Shown in pieces: positions 59,465 through 64,000 of a stretch of DNA of 64,000 nucleotides. The stretch covers positions 345,451-409,450 of the forward strand of contig DASXKN010000029.1 of NCBI GenBank assembly GCA_036496805.1, written 5' to 3'. This DNA is from Lysobacteraceae bacterium. GTDB taxonomy: Bacteria; Pseudomonadota; Gammaproteobacteria; Xanthomonadales; Xanthomonadaceae. The notes below the pieces were generated by a model. It saw only the letters and a list, made by a program, of their open reading frames with translations, was not told the DNA's origin and made no database searches. Each line of letters opens with the position of its first letter. The stretch's first letter is position 1. The translations under genes and the position numbers were made by a program.

Positions 59465-60140
59465 GGATCACCTTCTTGTCGTCGTCATGCGGGCATTCGC
59501 GGCATTCGGGGTATTTCGAGCGGTCCCGATTGTTCCTGTGCTCGTCATCCCAGCATAAGCCGGGAGCGTTTCTCAACAGCGAAGCTGATCATCCATTTGA
59601 TCTTGCTCTTCGCACCCGCTCTTCGCACTCGCTCTTTGCACTTGTTCGTCATTCCCGCGAAGGCGGAAGCGTTTCACAACAGCGAAGCTGGTCAATCCAG
59701 TGACTTTGTTTTTTGGAAGCAACAAGAGCACAAGAGCAAGAGCGTTCCGCGCTTTCGCGCGGGTTACTTTCTCTTGACCTTCGGCCCATCCATGGGCCTC
59801 ACCTTCGCTACGCGAAGGCGCTGCGCGGTTCAGATCGCTCCTGCGATCTGTCGGGAGAAAGTAACCAAAGACCATTGCGCCGGCGTCGCCGCCGCGAAGA
59901 AGCCGCGTCGGTACCCTGCGCTCCTCGGAAAACGCGGGCCGGCCCGAACTCGCACATCCGACCGCCATGGATGGCGGAAATGCCGAAAATGCAGGAGCAA
60001 TTTTCGGCCATGTGCTCGGACATGCGGGCCTATTCCCCGCGTTTTCCTGCGGTGCTCGGCTCGCTTTACGGCGCAAGAACAAGTGGAGCAGAAGCGGTGG
60101 AGCAGAAGCGGTGGAGCAGAAGCAGTGAGGTGGAAGTGGG
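59465..60140. repeat. 676-bp repeat-rich non-coding region
   Basis: Two ~52-bp direct repeats (59544-59595 and 59648-59699). 3x GCTCTTCGCAC. 12-bp inverted repeat GGTTACTTTCTC/GAGAAAGTAACC (59767 and 59855) flanks palindromes GGCCCATCCATGGGCC and GATCGCTCCTGCGATC. 3x14-bp tandem GTGGAGCAGAAGCG (60083-60124). Contains a half-REP CATTCCCGCGAAGGCGG. No credible ORF. Confidence 0.6.
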
Positions 60141-60926
60141 TCAGGCGGGTATTTCAATTCTGCGGCTGTGGGCGGCCCTGGTGCGGGCGTTGAGGGCGCG
60201 GAGGGTTTCGAGTTCGGTGGCGGTGGGGACGGGGATCGTCTCGATATGGTCGGCGATCAGCAGGGGCCAGCCGACCTTGTCGCGGGCTTCCTCGATGCTT
60301 GCGCCGGGGAACAGGGCGACGAGCTGGAGTTCCTCGCTTTGCGGATGTGGGGCGAGCATGCCGAAGTCGGTGATCACGGCGCTCGGGCCGCCGCCGGTCG
60401 CACCGATGCGCTGGCGGGCGCCCGAGCCTTCGAGATAGCCGGCGCTGGTGCGGAAGTCGATGCGTTCGACGAAGCTGCGCCGGTTGGCGGCGAGCATCAC
60501 GAAGGTCTGCTTCGCGTGCGCGGCGATCTCGGGTGCGCCGCCGGCGCCCGGCAGGCGCACTTTCGGTGCGTCGTACGGCCCGACCACGGTGCTGTTGAGG
60601 TTGCCGTGGCGATCGATCTGCGCGGCGCCGAGGAAACCGACGTCGACGCGCCCGGCCTGCAGGTAGTGGCTGAAGATTTCCGGCAGCGGCACCACGCAGG
60701 ACGCGGTCAGCGCGAGTTCGCCGTCGCCGATCGACAGCGGCAACGCGTCGGGGCGCGTGCCGATCGTGCCGGACTCGTAGATCAGCACGATGTCGGGCGC
60801 GTGGGTGAGCCGTGCGAGGTTGCAGGCCGCGCTCGGCAGGCCGATGCCGACGAAGCAGACGCAGCGATCCCACAGCAGGCGCGCGGCAGCAATCGTCATC
60901 AGTTCCTCGCGCCGGAAATCGCTCAC
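60141..60926 (-). CDS. CoA-transferase subunit B (3-oxoacid/glutaconate CoA-transferase family), GTG start
   Basis: GAGGAGG SD upstream of the GTG at 60924-60926. Subunit-B sequence (GIGLPSAACNLA...ESG...). Confidence 0.75.
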   Translation of the reverse strand: MSDFRREELMTIAAARLLWDRCVCFVGIGLPSAACNLARLTHAPDIVLIYESGTIGTRPDALPLSIGDGELALTASCVVPLPEIFSHYLQAGRVDVGFLGAAQIDRHGNLNSTVVGPYDAPKVRLPGAGGAPEIAAHAKQTFVMLAANRRSFVERIDFRTSAGYLEGSGARQRIGATGGGPSAVITDFGMLAPHPQSEELQLVALFPGASIEEARDKVGWPLLIADHIETIPVPTATELETLRALNARTRAAHSRRIEIPA

Positions 60927-60978
60927 GCGGCCTCCTCGCGCAGCCCGGCGGGGAAGCCTGCGAAAGAAAGCATCGCGA

Positions 60979-61824
60979 TCACGCTGCCTCCGGGCGAAGG
61001 CTGCGCAGGAAGCCTGCATGGTCGCCGGTGGCGAGTACATGGCGTTCCATCCAGTTCGTGAAACCCTCGCGCGCGCGCGCAACCACGTCCCAGTGCAGGT
61101 AGAAGGCGTTGTCGCGCGCGTAGTGGCCCTGCGCGTAGGAAGGATAGGCGCCGCCGCGCACGTGCGCGACCGCGGTCACGACCCAGTGCGGCAGCACGAT
61201 CGCGTTCATCGCCGGCGGCAAGGCGTCGACGATCTCCTCGACGGTGACGATCAGCGTCTTCGCGGCGAACGCGGCTTCGCGCGCGGCGCCGACGATGCCG
61301 TGGATGGCGACGTTGCCGGCGCGGTCGGCGCGCTGCGCGTGCAGGATCGTCACGTCGGGATTGAGCGCCGGCACCGCCGCCAGCGTTTCGCCGGTGAACG
61401 GGCATTGCACGCCGCGGATGCGCGGGTTGTGCGCGGGCAGGTCGGTGCCGATGTAGCCACGCAGCACGCCGAACGGGAGTCGTGCGGCGCCGGCGCAGAA
61501 GGCGGCGGCCATGCCGGCGTGGCTGTGCTCGTCGAGCTCGAGCTTGCGCGGCCAGCCGTGCTCGACCGCGTCGCGGAGGCGATGCAGCGAACCCACGCCG
61601 GGATTGCCGCCCCAGGAGAACGTCAGCTTGCGCGCACAACCCATGCCGATCATCTGGTCGTAGACCAGGTCGGGCGTCATCCGGATCAGGTGCAGGTCGC
61701 GCCGACGCTGGCGGATGATCTCGTGGCCAGCCGCGAACGGGATCAGGTGGGTGAAGCCCTCCAGCGCGACGCTCGCACCATCCGGCACGAAGCGTTCGAT
61801 CGCGTCGGCGAGCGTCGTGATCAT
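60979..61824 (-). CDS. CoA-transferase subunit A
   Basis: Subunit-A-like sequence (ALEGFTHLIPFAAGHEIIRQ). ATGA overlap with the upstream ALDH gene. Confidence 0.7.
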   Translation of the reverse strand: MITTLADAIERFVPDGASVALEGFTHLIPFAAGHEIIRQRRRDLHLIRMTPDLVYDQMIGMGCARKLTFSWGGNPGVGSLHRLRDAVEHGWPRKLELDEHSHAGMAAAFCAGAARLPFGVLRGYIGTDLPAHNPRIRGVQCPFTGETLAAVPALNPDVTILHAQRADRAGNVAIHGIVGAAREAAFAAKTLIVTVEEIVDALPPAMNAIVLPHWVVTAVAHVRGGAYPSYAQGHYARDNAFYLHWDVVARAREGFTNWMERHVLATGDHAGFLRSLRPEAA

Positions 61825-63392
61825 CCCTCGACCACCGTGCGCGACTGTTCGCGCAGGTACTGCGCGAGGTAGTAGAACGAAGCGATCGCCTTGCCGGTCG
61901 AGCCCGAGCCTTTCCATCCGCCGAACGGCTGGTAACCGGGCCACGCGCCGGTGGTCGCGCCCTGCGGACGGTTGGCATAGGTCACGCCGGCCTCGATGTG
62001 CTCGTGGAACCAGGCCGTCTGCTCAACACTGCCGTAGAAGCCCGCGGTGAGTCCCATCGTGGTGGCGTTCGCCAGCCGCATCGCTTCGGCGTCGTCGCGG
62101 TAGCGGTGGAGCATCAGGATCGGCAGGAACATCTCGTGCTGCCACAGCGGATGGTCGAGCGGCGCTTCGGCGAGGGTCGGCTCGACGTACCAGCCGCGTG
62201 CGTAGTCGTCGCTCGCGATCGTTTCGCCGCCGGCGACCAGCTTCGCGCCGCCGCTGCGCAGGGCCTCGACGTGGCGGGCGAATTCGCCGTGGGCGTTCGC
62301 GTTCACCACCGGGCCGAGCCAGTGCTCGCGCCTGCGCGGATCGCCGATCGCGATCGCGCCGATCTGCTTGCGCAGGCGCTCGACCAGTGCGTCGGCCACG
62401 CTCTCGTGCACGTACAGCCGCGAGAGCGCGGAGCACTTCTGTCCGCCCATGCCGTAGGCCGAGCGCACGATGCCCGCGACGGCGCGGCCGAGGTCGGCCT
62501 GCGCGGTGACGATGCAGGGATTCTTGCCGCCCATCTCGGCGATGCACGGACGCGGGAAGTCGCCGCCGGCCATGTGCTGCATGATCCGGCGACCGACCAC
62601 GACCGAGCCGGTGAAGGTCACGCCCGCGGTCAGCGGATGGCGCACGAGTGCGTCGCCGACTTCGCGGCTCGATCCGGACAGGTAGTTGAAGACGCCGGGC
62701 GGAAGTTCCGCGTCGCGGACGCAGTCGGCGAGCAGGCGGCCGGCCCACGGTGTGTCGGTCGCGCCCTTCACGACCACCGTGTTGCCGGTCACCAGCGCGG
62801 CCGCGACCGGGCCGCCGGCGAGCGCGAGCGGGAAGTTGAACGGTGCGATCACCACCCACGCGCCGTAGGGACGCATCACGCTGGCGTTGCGCGAGACGAA
62901 GCCTTCGACCGGATCGTCCGGCAAGGCGTTCGCGTAGCCGGCGTGCTGCTCGAAGTCGTCCGCGTAGTGGCGGAAGAAATCGACCGTCTCCTGCGCTTCG
63001 GCGAGCGCCTCGACGCGGTTCTTGCCGACTTCCAGCACCAGCGCGGCGGCGATGTCGTAGACGCGATCCTCCATGATCTGCGCGACCCGGCGCAGCAGGC
63101 GCACGCGCTCGCCGACCGGCGTCGCGCGCCAGGCGGGGAAGGCTCGGTGCGCGGCCTGCATCGCCGCGTCGGCGTCGGCCGCGTCGGCGAGCGCGAAGTC
63201 GCCCAGGCGCAGGTCGCGATCGATCGGGCTGCGCCGGTCGGCGTGATGCAGCGCTTCGCGGTCGGCGCCGTCGATGAACAGCGCATGGCCCTGGTCCATC
63301 CCGGCTTCCACCCGCGCCAGCGCAGCCTCGAAGCCCTCGTGCATCGCCTCGGGCGGGTTGTACATCGTCGCGTAGGTGAGGCGGAAAGACAT
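61821..63392 (-). CDS. NAD(P)-dependent aldehyde dehydrogenase family protein (semialdehyde/P5C-dehydrogenase-like)
   Basis: ALDH catalytic motifs FTGS...G, EMGGKNP and the catalytic Cys (GQKCSA). Confidence 0.8.
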   Translation of the reverse strand: MSFRLTYATMYNPPEAMHEGFEAALARVEAGMDQGHALFIDGADREALHHADRRSPIDRDLRLGDFALADAADADAAMQAAHRAFPAWRATPVGERVRLLRRVAQIMEDRVYDIAAALVLEVGKNRVEALAEAQETVDFFRHYADDFEQHAGYANALPDDPVEGFVSRNASVMRPYGAWVVIAPFNFPLALAGGPVAAALVTGNTVVVKGATDTPWAGRLLADCVRDAELPPGVFNYLSGSSREVGDALVRHPLTAGVTFTGSVVVGRRIMQHMAGGDFPRPCIAEMGGKNPCIVTAQADLGRAVAGIVRSAYGMGGQKCSALSRLYVHESVADALVERLRKQIGAIAIGDPRRREHWLGPVVNANAHGEFARHVEALRSGGAKLVAGGETIASDDYARGWYVEPTLAEAPLDHPLWQHEMFLPILMLHRYRDDAEAMRLANATTMGLTAGFYGSVEQTAWFHEHIEAGVTYANRPQGATTGAWPGYQPFGGWKGSGSTGKAIASFYYLAQYLREQSRTVVEG

Positions 63393-63408
63393 CGTCACGG
63401 ACCTCGGA

Positions 63409-64000
63409 TCAGGGTGCGGAGAAATCGGCGGCCGGGAAAAACCGCGAGAGCAGGCGATCCAGCAGGACAAGCGCGTCGGCGAGTTCGGTCTCGCCGATCA
63501 CCAGCGGCGGCGCGAGCAGGATCAGGTTGCCGCGCGTCGCGAACGACACGCCTTCGGCCATCGCCGCATCGACGAGCGCCTTCAGCATCCTGGGCGTCTG
63601 CGGCCACGGCGCGGGCGGCTCGCGCGTCTTTCGATCCGCGACCAGTTCGATCGCCGCGAACAGTCCATGGCCGCCGCGCACGTCGCCGATGACCGGATGG
63701 CGCGCCTGCATGCGCAGCAACTCGTCGTGGAGCTGGTGGCCGAGCGTGCGCGAGCGTTCGATCAGATTCTCTTCTTCGTAGGCCTTTAGCGCAGCGACGC
63801 CCGCGGCGCAGCACAGCGGATGGCCGCAATAGGTGAGTCCCGCGTACAGCATCCGGTTCTCGATGCGTGCGGCGACTTCGCGGCTGAGCACGACCGCGCC
63901 CAGCGGCAGCGCCGCGCCGGTCAGGCCCTTGGCGAGCGTCATCATGTCCGGCCGCGCAGCCTCGCCCTGGCGCTGCCAGGCGAACCATTGCCCGCAGCGC
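63409..64000 (-). CDS. class III aminotransferase, 3' portion (5' end beyond window)
   Basis: C-terminal aminotransferase class III sequence continues in frame to the window edge (...PDMMTLAKGLTGAALPLGAV...). Confidence 0.7.
   Translation of the reverse strand, partial: RCGQWFAWQRQGEAARPDMMTLAKGLTGAALPLGAVVLSREVAARIENRMLYAGLTYCGHPLCCAAGVAALKAYEEENLIERSRTLGHQLHDELLRMQARHPVIGDVRGGHGLFAAIELVADRKTREPPAPWPQTPRMLKALVDAAMAEGVSFATRGNLILLAPPLVIGETELADALVLLDRLLSRFFPAADFSAP

Noticed and set aside
60083-60124. Tandem 14-bp repeats as a possible CRISPR array; also the 12-bp repeats at 2575..2610
   Set aside because: Too short, contiguous without spacers, and no cas genes. These are simple slippage tandem repeats.
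59476-60438. ORFs 59476..59703 (+), 59573..60157 (-) and 59713..60438 (+) in the repeat-rich region
   Set aside because: Translations are low-complexity products of the repeats. There are no RBS sites. The last one runs antisense into the CoA-transferase B gene.

Overview
High-GC (~67-70%) chromosomal segment of a gammaproteobacterium. The genome style is Xanthomonadaceae/Rhodanobacteraceae-like, and the REP elements resemble Stenotrophomonas/Xanthomonas SMAG-type palindromes (inference from sequence style only).

About 60 real genes can be separated from a dense background of spurious high-GC ORFs.

- **Core/housekeeping-like genes:** alkA, purT, bpt, tesB, rlmKL, ampD-like amidase and an M15 peptidase.
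- **Secreted or surface proteins:** a 913-aa YadA-type trimeric autotransporter adhesin, an FG-GAP/TPR protein, a 5x EF-hand protein and a protein with GPPPGYQD repeats.
- **Hydrolases and peptidases:** S9, DmpA/S58 and M20 peptidases, three amidohydrolases and a CehA/McbA-type hydrolase.
- **Signalling:** a Ser/Thr kinase-TM-TPR protein, an HD-GYP protein and a degenerate-GGDEF/EAL protein.
- **Catabolic operons (two):**
  - (i) A ~7.5 kb minus-strand operon encodes a Rieske oxygenase alpha subunit, an amidohydrolase, a GcvT-like aminomethyltransferase, two CrtI-like FAD oxidoreductases and a secreted hypothetical protein. A second Rieske paralogue lies nearby and is translationally coupled to an EndoIII-like [4Fe-4S] HhH-GPD protein. 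This is the best candidate for an undescribed system.
  - (ii) An operon of aminotransferase, aldehyde dehydrogenase, CoA-transferase A/B and a second aminotransferase is interrupted by a 676-bp repeat-rich non-coding insert.

Other points:
- a 24-aa hydrophobic peptide ORF coupled to an Arc/RHH regulator;
- a low-GC islet with an orphan Cys-containing gene;
- REP palindromes;
- several tandem or low-complexity coding repeats.

No rRNA, CRISPR, integrase or transposase was recognised. tRNAs were not detectable by eye.
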